Assembly (NCBI GenBank): GCA_022813865.1
Contig: JALDZX010000025.1
Coordinates: 1 to 64,000 of the forward strand
Direction: 5' to 3'
Length of the DNA stretch: 64,000 nt
From: Xylographa opegraphella
Taxonomy: Eukaryota
Within the stretch, counting starts at the first letter, position 1. Each line of letters opens with the position of its first letter. The notes below the pieces were generated by a model. That model worked only from the letters and a program-made list of their open reading frames with translations. It was not told where the DNA came from and made no database searches. Position numbers and translations under genes: made by a program. This document shows positions 42,108 to 55,896 of this stretch, one piece after another.

Positions 42108-43231
42108 CCCCTGTTGTGGGATCGTTTCGACAGCATTAGTTCTGAGCTTGTGGGTCTGCTGCTGTTGGGTCGGGTGTTAGGATGGTAGGGATGGGACGAG
42201 GGGAAGGGAGTGTGTTGCCTGCTTTAGTGGCGGTCGAGGAAGGGGGGGGGGGGTGATGGATGTGGATCTGTTACTTTAGCTCCTTGATGTTTGTGGTTGA
42301 TGCTGCGATGTGGAACGGAGACTTTGATGGATGGTGGGTCAAGTTGTAGTCTGGGCCGTTCATGGCCTGGGAGGTGCATCGAGTGGAGTGTTACTGTTGG
42401 GCCTTACGGCGTGCGTGTAGGTTGTCTGCGACAGAGCTGCGTCTGTACTTCGGCTGTGCTGTTTCGTTCAAGGTGGGCAGCGTCCATGCGGGGCGAGCGT
42501 GCAGGAGCGTTGGAGTGAGTGGAGTGGGTCCTGAGGTGCGTTTTAGCATATGTGCAAGCAGAAAGTGGAGGGAAGCCCTTCGGGGTAAATGGGGGAGCTG
42601 AGGTGGCAAGAGAGAGCTTGCGGGGAACAGGAAGGTGAGGCGATGGGAAAGTGCAGTAGAAATGGGAATCTGGTGTCGGGCTGCAAGGCAGGGGAGAGAG
42701 AATGCGGGACGGGACCCCTGGCGATGCACGGTGCGAGTGGGAATATGACGAGGAAGGCGTGCAGACGTGCATGTTGGGTGGTCAGATCACTGTAGTGTGA
42801 GAAGAGACCTCGAGTGCGTGCTCAACTGGTGGAATGGGCAGGCCAATCGAGACGGGAACAGCTGCATAAGGGGGTGAAAGTGACGAGCGGCAGGCTATTC
42901 AGGTAAGTAAAGAGAGAAAGAGAAAGCGCGTAGTACTATGGCCTCGTAGGGGTGGACGGCATGGCGGTTCGTATGAGCCGGCTGAAGATCCAATGATTTG
43001 CTTCTTGGCGGGGATACATCAAGAGGATTGACATTGAAGACCCATGGTTCCATCCAGTTGAGCTGGAAGCATAAGGTAGGCTGCGGCACTGTCAATGGCC
43101 TTTGCCATAGATGATGCTGGAGACGGCAAGTAAGGCGGCAGAAGTCACGATGCCGCTTCGTCCCTTGACCAGCCGCCGGGTCTCGACTGGACGTCCGGAT
43201 GGTGATGACAGCGTCTGAGCATGTGCACTAT

Positions 43232-43269
43232 AATCTAGACTGCTACAGAATCTAGACTGCTACAGAATC
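43232..43269. repeat. Direct tandem duplication of 17 bp (AATCTAGACTGCTACAG x2)
   Basis: Read directly from the sequence. Confidence 0.9.
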
Positions 43270-44021
43270 GTTGACGTGCATACGGTGAACTGATAATCGG
43301 CGGAATATGGCGCTGGTGTTGCGGTAGCTCGTGCTGGTCAAGGATTAAAGACCGTCGAGGGGTCCGGATGTGACGAGATCATGCCTGAGCAGCACGCAGT
43401 ATCGAATTGCACATGGCCAAACTTAATCTAACCTTGACGGGAAGGATCAAACAGGCTCGAATACGAGGTGTGTGGCTTGCTGTCGGCGACCGTCAGAGAA
43501 AAGATTGGCGGTGAAGGTGTGGGCTCTAGCGGAACTGGGAATCGGAGAGGATGGTTGGCTCTCGAAGTATAACAGGGGATGTGATGGAGGCTGCATATTG
43601 CCCATGCAAATTGTCGGCCAGGTCCATTGAAGGAGCAGAGCTGTCTCGCGGTCAATCATGGCGCCATCAACTATAGCTTTCAAATGTAGCAAGACGCCCA
43701 TTTGCTGTACAGTGTCACGAAGTGTTATGAAAGCCCACTCCTTAGGATCGTCACATAAGTACAGGCAACCCAAAGAAAGCCGCAAACGATCTAGGAATGG
43801 AGTAGCTGTGTAACAAATGCAAGAAGACTTGCATGCAAACAGAAGCGAACGCGCAAGCCTTGTTCTATAAACGCCGCAAACCCCAAGACTGTATGAGTAT
43901 GAAAAGAGACGCTCGCACATGTTCATATCGACCCTTATCAAGGGATTGCTCGGTATCCTCAAGCCCTGCAACAGAAGCATACGGAACGCGCAAGCAAACT
44001 TACAGTCGATCTCTCACTAGC

Positions 44022-46189
44022 CTACACCCAGATCTCTCCTCCCGCCTTCGAGAGCACGAACTCACATCCAAGACCGACCTTCCTCTCCCACTCGATCAGC
44101 TGCATCAAGATGATCTCTCCCGGTGGAGTTCCATCCCTCAATGTGTCCTTGACGTGGATGATGACGATCTTTACGCCTTCGAGAGCTTTTGGCTTATTCG
44201 TTGTCAACTGAGTCTCTACTTCAAGCACAGGTACTGAATTAGACGACGTGGTCACTACTCTGTGATTACCACTGCGTGCGTCATTTGCTAATTTGTCGCG
44301 ATTCGTGGCTGCTGTAGGTGTGATTGCTTGAAGCGGCGAGTGGTCAAGGTCCGGAGGAAAGAGCCTTTCGGTCCTTTCGAGAGGACTCGAGCTGCGACTT
44401 TTACTCCCAGCATCCGATCGTGACCATTTAGAGTACGGTGTCCTGCCGCGTTGAATATCCTGATAAATACTAAGGCCGTTGCTCTGACGCTTCCGTTTCA
44501 GCTTTGCAGCTTCCGCTTCCAAAGAAGTATCAGGGCTACCAAAAGACTTTTCGGCTGCGTCGTCGTCGTATTCAATCACAGTGCCTTGTCGAACAACATT
44601 TACCTTCGCAGCAAGCACTTCGAGCTCCGCAATGAGGTGCCTCGGCGCCAAGTGCCCGAACAGCGTCTCATCGGATTGGGAATCGTCATAGGAGCACTCG
44701 ATAAATATAGCGGAGAGTAATCCAGCAGCGATTTTTGGTGCCGCGTCCGCCCACACGCGTGCTGTGCGCGGAGAGAGAGATATGGTGTCCGGCTCCACAT
44801 CACCAAAGATGAGAACTTCGTGACCAGTCTGCTCGTCGCGGATGAAGAAAGCAGAACTGTCGTAGATATAGACACTATCGAGGCGCGAAGCGGGATCGCT
44901 AATGCTGTTCCGTCGATGATCGATGCCAGCTGGAGGGGGGATTGCATATGAAGAATCACGACGAGTAGAATGGTACTGCTGGTCCGGGAGCATGGGAGGT
45001 ATGCTACTACCACGATGTGAATGAGGTTTCATACAGTGGCCATGAGAGATGCTCCAGGACTTGACAGCCAGGCCATCGCAAAGCTCGATGAAGCCTTTAC
45101 CATCGCCGGTGCCCAGGGCAACATTGCCGCCCTCTACGAGCCGCATGTAGGAGACAAGACCCACACCGCCTTCTTCGTCGGACAGGTTAGGCCAAATGAC
45201 ATCATTGAAGATATGGTCTTTGATGGCGTTGATCGTCGAAGGAAGTGCAGCGACTTTCTTTGGCCTCGAGGTATGCTGGAAGGAGGCTGTATTGACAGCG
45301 AAGCCGGAGAGATGATCCAGGTGCGGATGTGTGATGAGGTAAGTAGAAATCAGATTACGCAACAGGTAGGAAGCGTTTGCTCTGGCTGACTCGTATGGAA
45401 GGATGAGACCACTGAAAGGTCCAGTGGTGAGCACGAGCTTTGGAGTTTGCGCTTCCCCCTGAGCTTGGGCAGGAGATTTTCCCACAATGCTGGCGCTTCC
45501 CGAGACATGGCCAAGATAGCCGGCGATCGGAGTAGGATAAGGAGAGACCTCTCTGGTACCGTTGCCTTTCTCAACACCATTCCGCTTTCGGTTTTTCTTT
45601 AGTTTCCGGGCCTGCTGCGGACTCGAGTCGGGCTGCTGCTCCACGGGGCTGATCTGAGTTGCGAACGGTATATGTTGCTCCAAGATTCTGATAATGGCGG
45701 CAAGATGGGTCCCAGCATCCACAGCCAGGATTGAGCCTCTAGCCCACTGCGTGGCTGTTGAGCGGACAAGAAGACCCGTCACGTTATCCTCACTCGGGCC
45801 ACCACCCGCGCCCTATGCGGTGTTCTGTTAGCATCCGTGTTTCATACGGAACAAACGCTCTTGAGGCAAGCTTGTTGAATACAACTCATTCTGCAGAATT
45901 CAGGAATGATAAAGAGGACCAAATGCGAGCAAGGGAGCAAACGCGACTTGGAACACGCGCATCGAGCCCGGGACACGAGCGGCCGACAGATCTACATGAG
46001 AGTTGCACGACATAGTAGATCATCTGTAGACCTACATTGAGTATTCAAGTAGACGCATATGCCGCGCAAAAGGTGCGAGTCTGAAGACTAGATACTTACC
46101 AACACTATAATCTGGAACGCTGGCGATCTGCCGTCTCCTCCCTCACCACTCCGCGGCCCACTCCCCGAACTACCCCCCTCCCCATCCAT
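44022..46189 (-). CDS. PDE1: Class II (low-affinity) cAMP phosphodiesterase; exon 1 46100-46189, intron 45813-46099, exon 2 44022-45812
   Basis: FQIIVL|GAGGGPSEDNVTG, LAVDAG, THPHLDHLSG (HxHxDH), IFNDVIWPNL, FGDVEPD and FIECSY...LFGHL motifs. Confidence 0.92.
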
Positions 46190-46956
46190 CGGGACCTGAG
46201 CTGGCCGACGCCCAAGCCAAGCCGCGTCTTGCTAGCCGTCGGTGAAGGTGCTTTTGCTTCAGACAACCTCAGTGCCACGGGGTTCAGTAGCGGTGAGACG
46301 GAATATGCTATTGGCCGAGACGCTGCTGCATCGGAGATGCCGGATTTAGGAATAGCTGCCTTCTCGTGGAAGAACTGCTGCATGCACGTAGCCGGCAAAA
46401 CATGCACGAGTTGGCGTCAGCCTCACCATGAGCGCTCTCGTTTGATCGAGCGTGGAGCGGGCCTGGCGAGCGATCTGGAGAGAACTGCGACCGGTGGAAC
46501 ATCCGAGACGAAGGATCTTCCACCCGCGGCGCGCTTACAGCAGATAGCAGCTGAGCGCTGAAACGGCCCCCAACTGCGCTTGCACATCTCCAGGTAGCCG
46601 TCGCCTCCGTACCACACCATCTACGTTATGCTGCGAAATCACTCAAACGGGGTGCGGAAGACAAGGTAAGCGGTGGCATGCACAGTACGGCCCGGGTCGG
46701 GAGATCAGCTATTGGCAACCTACAATTCTTCAGTACGTCACGAAAGCTCTACGTGGACGACCATGAGTATCTGTTCCGCTCTCCATGATCCATCATGAGC
46801 ATCCCCAACGCCGCGCGAAGCGATCCACCTGACCATATTCACAACATCCCTTTGACTATCCTGTCCCCCCAGCCATGACCGCCTAAACAACACCAAAGCA
46901 GTGCCCCAGTCCTCCACGCTATGTAGCTTACGACCAATCGTCAATATATTGCTTCG

Positions 46957-48616
46957 TCATCTTTGCACATCATCCCGTCCCTGCTGCTCACCATCCGCGT
47001 CCTGCTCATCCTCCGTATCCTCCACGTCCTCCTGCTGCCCACGTGCTCGCGTGCTTTCCTGCGCGACGGCGTAATCGTAGCTAGGGACTGGCGGCACGGG
47101 AGATCTGGCACGTAGCATCGGCCGGTCCTCTCCGGATTCATCGCTGCTCCGTCGACTGCCATCTGGACTGCTGTATTCGGGAGGCGGCGCCAAGTAATCA
47201 TGACGGTCCACTTCCATTTCCTGATCTGATATCTGCCTTTGCTCTCCATTGGAAGCTCCGTGGGCAGTTGCACTGCGACTCGTCCCCTCCCCGATGTCTT
47301 CATGGGATGGTATATGTACCAGTTGAGCCAGCGAGATGTCGGTCAGTGACCGGACTGGGCCGGGACTGGTCGGTCCACCAAGCGGTCCGTACCTGCTTCT
47401 CGATCGTCCGTGTCCAGGTCCAGGATAGCCTGCATGAGGCGCTTGTGTGCTGTCACGTCCCGCCTCTAATAATATGCTTCCCTGCTCACTTCCATATGGT
47501 GGTGGTGGTGCAAGACTTCCAGTCATCGGAGCAAGACCCCATTTTTTGACATTGGCTTCTATGAAGACAAATCCGCTTTGACCGAAGTTCACATGAACAG
47601 TACACGGGCCATTCGCGCCGACGGTGGGAAAGAAGTTCTGTGATTTCATTGCATGCACCACGTCGTCTAGCTTTTTCCCATTGCGTGTGAAGAATACAGT
47701 GCCGGTCCGAGGTCGGTAGCCAACACCAACGACATCGCCTTGTAGATATTCGGGGCCGTAGACGATACCGTTGAAGGGTTGATTAAATCGCCTGTGACCG
47801 CTAGACGTGTATGCGACAGAACATTTGTGCCACCCTAGCCTTCAGTGAGTCAAGTTCGACAAAGCACAGTTGGCTCTACTTACCGGGAAGACGAAACAGT
47901 GGATATGGTTTGGTTGTGACGCCGATGCTTATCAAAGTGGACTCCGGTTTGTCGTAAATCTTAGACTCCCAGTAGTAAACCTCGTTTTGCTTCGGTATCG
48001 GTAAATTGCTTTGCACACTGCATGCCGAGTCGAAGAATTCGATTTCCGTCCGTCCTTCGACAAAGCAGTTTGCAATCTCCAATTCCGGCTCAAACTCCCA
48101 CGCAGATACCCCCTTCTCTTGTATAGCTAAAAATTGGGATAACGATATGTCTGTTTGCATGGTCTCAGGAGGATTGTGCTGGATGAATGCTAAGTTGGAC
48201 ACACATTAGATCCAAGTCCCATGACCTCTGCAGGCTCAACTACATAGTTCAAACGCACCTTTTGCTCTCAGATACTCCGCCCGCTGTAAGTCGTCCATAG
48301 TTTCCAAAGCTTCAGCCTCCTCCTTCGCAAAAGCCTGCTCATCGTCATATTGGCCCGGCCGTCCCACTCTGTCCAGTATTATGCGCCCTCGGCTTGTATA
48401 CTTGAAGAAATAAATAAGGGCGAATATGAGAGCGACGAGGCCGGCCGAACCAAAGGCAGAGAGGATCCCAATGAGGATACCCTTACCAGTGGAGCCATCA
48501 TTATTGCGGATGCTGATGACAATACTTGTGGCCTGGTAAGGGACTTGATCATATGGTACTCGTGGCGTTTCGAAGTACGGGGAGTATGACGCTGTGAATG
48601 TTGATGGTTTGGCCAT
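46957..48616 (-). CDS. SSH4: SPRY-domain membrane protein Ssh4 (Rsp5 adaptor-like), 3 exons
   Basis: N-terminal TM helix, IQEKGVSAWEFEP, YYWESKIY, KPYPLFRLPG, HVNFGQSGFVFIEANVKKWGLAP, and PY motifs (PPPY, PPEY, PSY). Confidence 0.85.
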
Positions 48617-49137
48617 GAGAATCTCACTGCAACGAGAATAGTCGCATCGGTGGTGCTTTAAAGGTTACTAAATGTGCTATGAGTGAGGATGCTGGAGCTC
48701 AACAGTCCATAGATATTGACTGCTGTGGTGCGATTACGCATTAATGCCAGAGGTGCCAGAGGTTCGTGTGGGGCGACGGCCTAGATGCGGATGCGGAACA
48801 ACTACGCCAGCTCGAGGAACTATAACTACTCCGTAACCGCGCCTTGTTTGAAGCCTGGGCCGACTACAGGGTATCTACAGAGGACTCTCCCCAGACCCAA
48901 TAATAGCCTCTGAGGTCACTTGAATGTTTGACATCCTCTTGAGTTGATCTCTGCTCTATGTACTTAAGTTCGATATTTACTATCGCATGATTGATTCCCT
49001 CCTGAGGGATAAAAAGCCAACCGCGCATTGTGCGGCTGATGAGTTCGCAGCACGTGACGGTATCAAATCATGATACCTTGCGTGGATCCAGGTCATTCAA
49101 TTGTTGAACTCGACCTATTTACAGACGATCCTAGAAC

Positions 49138-50261
49138 TTACACCTCCTCCTCCTCCTGGTGGACTCCCTCTTTCTTCTCTCGTTCCTCCAGTCTCTTTTG
49201 CGTCTTGCCTACAGCTTCTTCGACCCATTTCTCGTATGCGGCTCCTCCCGCCTTCAATTTCTGCCTCACGACTCCCTTTAGCACTTCACTCACGAAACCA
49301 ACAAAGTTATGTCTCCTGAGCGCATTCTCCCACTGCCACGCGTTCCGCTTTTGCTCTTCCCTGTATAAGAAATCCTGATCACCGATCTCTCTTGCCCGTA
49401 TCCGTAGATCCCGCACCATGGCTAGAAGGTTGAATCTTATCTCATTTGCCGGATACCTTTGGATTCGACGCTGCAGAACTGGAATGACTTTCTCAGGAAA
49501 TTGTTCGAATGTGGAAGGGCCATGGGAAATGGGCGCGGGTTGCAGGCCGTCAAGCTCGTAAAGTATCCCGTTTATAGGCGTGTAGGCAATGAAGTGGTAC
49601 ACATCATCGTCTTCACTAGCTGTACGTTGCGTTTCGTCAATAAAGGGCGAGGAGCGAGCGAAGGAGTTGTGGACGTCTCTGATCAATTCTGAGTTGGATA
49701 AAGCTTCGCCTCGCAGCTGTGCGTTTCATGTCAAGACGAATGTCCGCGTCCGTAACCACTGTCAAAATAGCATACCTCGGCTGGAAATGCTCCTGTAAAT
49801 TCCCTAAAGTCTCGTAGCTGGTGGCCTATATCTATCTCTCCATCTTTGTTCAATAGTACTGACAGCAGAGCTTGTGTTCCACAGGCGTTCTGGATTGTCT
49901 GCGAAGCAAAGAATAAATTCTCGGCAGCTTCGTAGTCGAATGTACCGTCTTTGGGGGCTTCTGTCGGTCGTTCGTTGGTCGGATACTTAAAGAGGAATAT
50001 CACTCCATAGACTGGACTTGAGGCTTATGAGTAAGAGTTCAAAGTGGGAAAGGAAAGAAGTCCACAAGTACCTCTGCTGCTTGAGGTAGACTGCATCTAA
50101 AGCAATGAGCTCTTCGAACTGGACATTCTTTACTCCCAGATTGTCGACGAGGTAAGTGAAAACACCCTGCAGAGCATCGTAAGCAAAAGGGTGTTTCGTG
50201 AAGAAAACTTCTTCCAGAGGCGTACAGCGTCAGATTCAATGGTATTCCATCCTCCGGACAT
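49138..50261 (-). CDS. UCH2: Ubiquitin C-terminal hydrolase UCH37/UCH-L5 (Uch2), multi-exon
   Basis: WNTIESDAGVFT, QTIQNACGTQALLS (catalytic Cys), YHFIAY...LYELDGL and C-terminal ENALRRHNF. Confidence 0.9.
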
Positions 50262-50555
50262 ATCTTAACCTCTCGACGCGCTGCAATTGCTTTGAGAATA
50301 TGGCGGGCGCAGCTAGAACCCGCCTGTTATACAAAGCTCTCGACCATTGGAAGTAGGGTTATCTACGTAGTGTTGGGTCTAGGCTGATCAAATGCCGCTA
50401 CGGCGGTGTGATCTATCTTTTATCGAGCAAAACCTTGACGACGATCCACGAAGCGTGAGAAATAGACCATGGCTACATTCTAAGATCCGAAATGACACAT
50501 ATATTGACAGGCTTTCGTATAATCGCTCAGAAGCACTCTTACTGCAATCATCAAC

Positions 50556-53500
50556 CTAAGCCCATACAAGCTTCTTGAGACTATGTCCCAGCTGTTCAAA
50601 AAGGCCTGTACTCTTTCGTGCCTCCGCTAAGGAGATGATATTTCCTTCTTCCACAATCCCGCTAGTCTCCCTCACCAGTCCTTCACGAGTTACCACCCTC
50701 CTTCCAGCCAAAGCATCGCCACCGATTGCTTTTGCAATCTCTTCACAGATCGTCTCTACCATTTTTTTCTCGGAAAGATCTTGTCGTTCACTTCCATCCC
50801 GGTTCATAGACGCGAAGCTCGAATCTGCTGGAAGCGCTTTGAAAGCAAGACTTTTGAATTCCGTACTTTTGTCAACATCTTTGAGATTGGCCTTAACATT
50901 CGAATCGTTTGGAAGATCGGTTGACGCAGAGGAACCTTCGAGGTCGCATGCATTAGTCATTCTCTTCTGCAGATCTCCGACCGCTTCATCGTCTGGACCA
51001 TGTGGATCACCAGCGCTCTCACGCTCTGCCTCTGCTCGTCCTCCACCTTCCCTATTTCTCCTTGCCTCGTCAAACTCCCCCTTCCGTGGCGCGACCGCAG
51101 TACTCAGACTTCGTGTGTTGATTCTTGCCACGTCCTTCTGCCCCGGACGATATCTGACAACAAATCCCACATTTCTCTCCTCATCAGTCTGCGCCGCCGC
51201 CAGTGTGGAAGTAATGTAAATGCCTTTCATAATTCCCACAATGCTTTTCAATTCTACTCTCTCAAAACCTGCTACCTTCTCTATGTTCCAGTCGAACCTT
51301 ACCGCATAAATCGCGGTATTTGTTAATAGCAGCACGATTTCCTCGAATGGGAACGTACGCAAAGTGTTTGGATCCTTAGGGCAGAGCAGTGTCCAGCCTC
51401 CTAGGAAGTCCTCATCCTGATCCGCTATGACGATCTTGGAAGAAGTATCAATCGCGCTTTGACGTACTTTTCGCATCGACATGGCCGGATCGCCACTCAT
51501 CATATCAGCTTCAAAGTCGCTGAATACGCGATCTGTAACTTTCCCCAGGAGAAAATCAATGACAGCCTGAGAGAAGTAGTCGTTCACAATGTTGTTGAAA
51601 TAGCGGGAGAGTGTCAAGCCAAAGTCATTGATTGCGCCACGATAATCACGTTTGCGTGTACGAGTATAGTCCCCTTTGAGAGCAGCAGTAGACGAGTACT
51701 GCTTGGAAATGGCATCACCATTATCAGCCCAGAGCGTATTAAACCACTGTGTTGAATTATCGGCTTGCAGGCGTAATGTGATACCTTCGGAATTGAGTTG
51801 CTCCTCGAGCGATCTTTGACCACAAGCGCTTTGAACGACATTGGTTCTATCCAGACAATCCATACAGTTCGTACGGAGTGCGCCAGATTGACCACGCTGA
51901 ATCTTGCCATCCTTTTCAACTGTGGTACCGAATTCGCTGATGATAGAGCCAATGGAGTCAATGAGAATGCTAACGTTCTCAAATTTCATCCCCCTGCATA
52001 TATTATGGAAGTCGAACCATTCGAACCCCAATTTTACACCGTTGATACCGTTTTCGTTATTGAGCTCAATGGTGTGCTTTTCGTACTCCTCCCCAATCTT
52101 GGCTTCGACGCCCTGCTTATCAACAAGGAGAACCACTTGGACATTACTATATGTATTGATAAGATTCGTAAAATGACGCCTGAACGCCGCACGATTCGCC
52201 TCATAAGAATGCTGTAGAAAGGGAACTGGTTTGAATGAATATGGCGATTGTGTAAAATATAACGGAATGGATCCCCTGACCTGAGTGAAAGAATGTATAC
52301 GTCCTGATGGGCTCCAAGAGGGCACGGATAGAATCTGCTCTGTTTCAACATAGTTGGCCGTGTCGCCTTCACTGTCAATACCACGTCGTAGATAGCGAAG
52401 CCCTGGTCGAAGAGTTGACCTTCGAGAGACGAGGGTAATCAGGAAGTCTCTCGTCTCTGGTGAAGCACGGAAATCGCGGGCTGATGAAGCGTTGTTTTGT
52501 AGTTGAATTATTTCTCCAACATTTTCTGTTGCCGCTACCATGCTTCGACTCGGGTCTTCAGATTCGGTATTAACCGTGAAAGCACGCTGCCCGACGAAGC
52601 CCTGCATGAGAGGAAGGACAAAAGAGTGCTGCCCTGCATCTATAAAGGAGGAGGCCAAATGGCGGTTCCAGAAATACTATCTGGACATCAGTAGAAGCTG
52701 CTTTCTACGGTTATGCTGCTTACCAAAGAATCCACTGATTTATGTAGCGGAACATCGGAATTTTTAGTCTGGACTGTTCCTAGTCTCCGGGTAATATCGT
52801 AATCGTATGAGAAGTAAAAACTGCGGGAACTGAGCAGCATCTTCGTGGTTTTCAATAGTTTTGGTGTCAAGTTGTCAGCGACGATTGATGGGTCTGTTGG
52901 TGCTTCCTTAATCTCTTGCCGTTGATCTTGCTTATCAGATGCTATAGTAGGAACGTCTGGAGAGTCTTCGCTTGCCACTGTACTCTTTATGCCAGACGCT
53001 TTTCGACTCTTATACCCAGATCCCTCGCTGTTCGCTTCACTCATACCTTGCATCCGCCTCTTTTCCACACTCCAGCCCCTTTTGGAGAACCATTTTTCCG
53101 CAAATCGCCCATACTGACCTTTCCTACCAATTACGTCCTGCACAACCGAACTGGTCTTTTCAACAGTTCCTTGGCTAGCAGATGCTTCCGATTTATCGGC
53201 TTCTGGCGTATGAGGAATTGTTGGATCATCATCCTCGTTATTGGAGACCTGATCAGGCTTTGCATCCTCATTCTCATCCTCCGAAGTGTCACTATCACTT
53301 GTAAGTTCGGCTGAAACACGACTGGCAGCCTTTTTGGAGTTGGCGTTGTTGAGCTCTATGGCCTTCTGCGCATCTGATTGCGAAGACAGTGGGATGAGAT
53401 CGACTCCAGTTATAACATAAACAGGTTTTCCTCGGATCTGTGCAACCTGTTGACGGCCAGATATTGAAATCAAGTACGACGATGACGCGACAGTAAAGAG

Positions 53501-53760
53501 GCCTGTGGATGAGGAGAATTAGGAGTCTATACTGTGCTCAACATTAAGTTCACGGGGAAAGTACCAACAATGCCATGAGCCTCAAGCGTCTGAGCACTTT
53601 TACTATTATCCGCTTGAGTGTCTGCTAAGGAAATAATAGAATTTGTTCTATAATTGATCTGAACAGCGGCACCGGGGCGTTGATTTCGCAGCGGGCTTGG
53701 TTGCAGCAGAATACCGTCAGCCGCTGCAATAATAATTAATTTATGTACGAGACCCGGCAT
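50556..53760 (-). CDS. Sac1-homology phosphoinositide phosphatase with hSac2-like C-terminus, 3 exons
   Basis: FYFSYDYDITR, PLMQGFV, RYLRRGID, QVRGSIP, catalytic RTNCMDCLDRTN (CX5R) and LWADNGDAIS. Confidence 0.9.
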
Positions 53761-54586
53761 ATTATTTGATCAAGCTTATGTGCATTATGTGTGCATTACG
53801 AAGAGGATCCTCATTGCGTAGGTATTTGGAACGTTTTCAAAGCTCTATTTACTCTACTGCTTGTATCTACTGTAATGACGTAGGTAGTCTCTAGATTCAT
53901 GTTGCCGCATCAAACACAAGACGATGAAAATCACGAGGGCAAATCATGGGATTGGTTCCGGCACATTTTGAGTGTCTGTCTCATACCAATTAGGGCAATC
54001 CAGTACAGAAGGACGCTAGAATATAGCTTGAAAATACAATCTACCCTTGGTACCTTACCCACTGCACTGTAATATGATACCTACCTACCTTACCTATCTA
54101 CACAACTCACATTTATGCTAGACTACTTCGACGTCTCCGTTGCTACCAAATACATCGGTATTCAGCGTGTACCTCTCTCAGTTTAGACGTCTGCTATGGG
54201 GTTGGCATACCGCATATGAAAGATCAAATGCATTTGTACAGGTTTCATCCTTCCCAATGCAACTATGAACGCCGATAGTCATTCCATATCATCACCACAA
54301 ACGTTGCCAGATAATTTCTCCTTCAGCTTACATGGGTATAAGTTTGAAGCCCTATAGTCGGTACAGAATATACCCGTGTGTCAAATCCCCTGATGCTGCA
54401 ATCAATAACGCCCCCATATGCATGTTCGCATTACCAGGTTAGTCTCGTACCAATCCCCAGAAGCGTGAATAACTGCTTCCGTCCGCCTACATGTTCATTG
54501 AGCTCCGAAGATGTAACAAACACAGTCCCTAGTTACCAATGCTCGGTAGTCCCGATCCAACATGTTGAGGATTGAGGAAGCCAAGG

Positions 54587-55896
54587 TTACCGATTGTGTT
54601 TAGTCGATAATATAGACTTTCCATTCGCGAGCGCCTCCCCATTACCATGCCGGAGTCCATTCATTTCTTCTTCGCTGTCTTCTGCCAAATTAGAAAGTCC
54701 GAACCCGCCGTTCTCGACGTCGTATGCATGAATAAGAGCCTCGCGATCTCCCCGGGGGCTTCTTGGACTGAAGCCAACGCTTCCGGAGCTCAGACGCCGA
54801 GGCTCCATGCTTCTCCTAGATTGCATACTCCGCCTAGTCTGTATGACAGCTATACCATCTGTTGGCACACCATCGATACTTTTACCACGTAGTAGTTCAT
54901 GGCCGTCCGGATCCGCGGCCGAAAGATTGAGTAAGTAGACGCCTGAAAAGATAATGAGGAAGCCGCAAAGTAACGAGACGGTGTTGACCGTATCCGTGGT
55001 GTTGAAACCCTGGAATAGAATGAAGGAGGCACAAAGCACAGCCGTTGTAAATGTGACATAGTATAACGGATTGACACTAGTTACACGTTAGTGAGTATCA
55101 ATTGGGGCGACACAGTATACACACATAGATTGAGAGAATTGATTTAATGCCTTATTGAAATAATTCAACTGGGTCAATATCGAGACGACAACAACTATGG
55201 CAAAGGCGTACGTTGACGGATGCGTAAACTGATTATTTCCGTTTATTGTCAATTTTAGTGCTATGCCAAAGGCCTTGACAGACATAACAGATACAGATCC
55301 GACTGTTGCACACACAGATAAGTAGTAAAGAGGATTTCTTTTGCCGTACTTCGGGCAGATCTTGTAGATCATGACGAACGAGAAGACCGCCACGAAGACG
55401 CAATATGCCAAAAAACCTACAGAAACTGTGAGCAACTGTTATCAAGAAAGGTTTCATTTATGAGCTAACCGGGTTGGATCGCGTAATCGAGTATCTTGTC
55501 AACGGTTTCTACAGGCTGGTCAGGAGGCGCATGCGACGCTATAATTACCGATCCCAACAAGCATATGAAGCAGCCCATCTTGCCCAGTTTTCCAAGTCGC
55601 TCTTTCAAGAAGTATGCACCTAGCACTGCACCAGATAGTACACTCAGGGCTCCTAATGGTGTAACAAGAATTGCAGGTGCGAAGGCATACGCGGCGAAAT
55701 TGGCGACCTCGCCTATACCCATTGTGAAGATTCCTGCCCACCATATCGGACTCTTGAAATATTGATGACCATCACCTTCGAAGCCATGACGCTCAGTGGC
55801 ATCTTGAAGCCCTTTCTTTGCGATGACATAGCTTGAGCCTATGGCAAATGACGAAGCAATAGCCAGTAATAAGCCAACATATTTGTCCTCCAGCAT
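54587..55896 (-). CDS. NIPA-family (DUF803) Mg2+ transporter, 3 exons
   Basis: GEVANFAAYAFAPAILVTPLGALSV, QLNYFNKAL and VNPLYYV motifs, with multiple TM helices. Confidence 0.9.
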
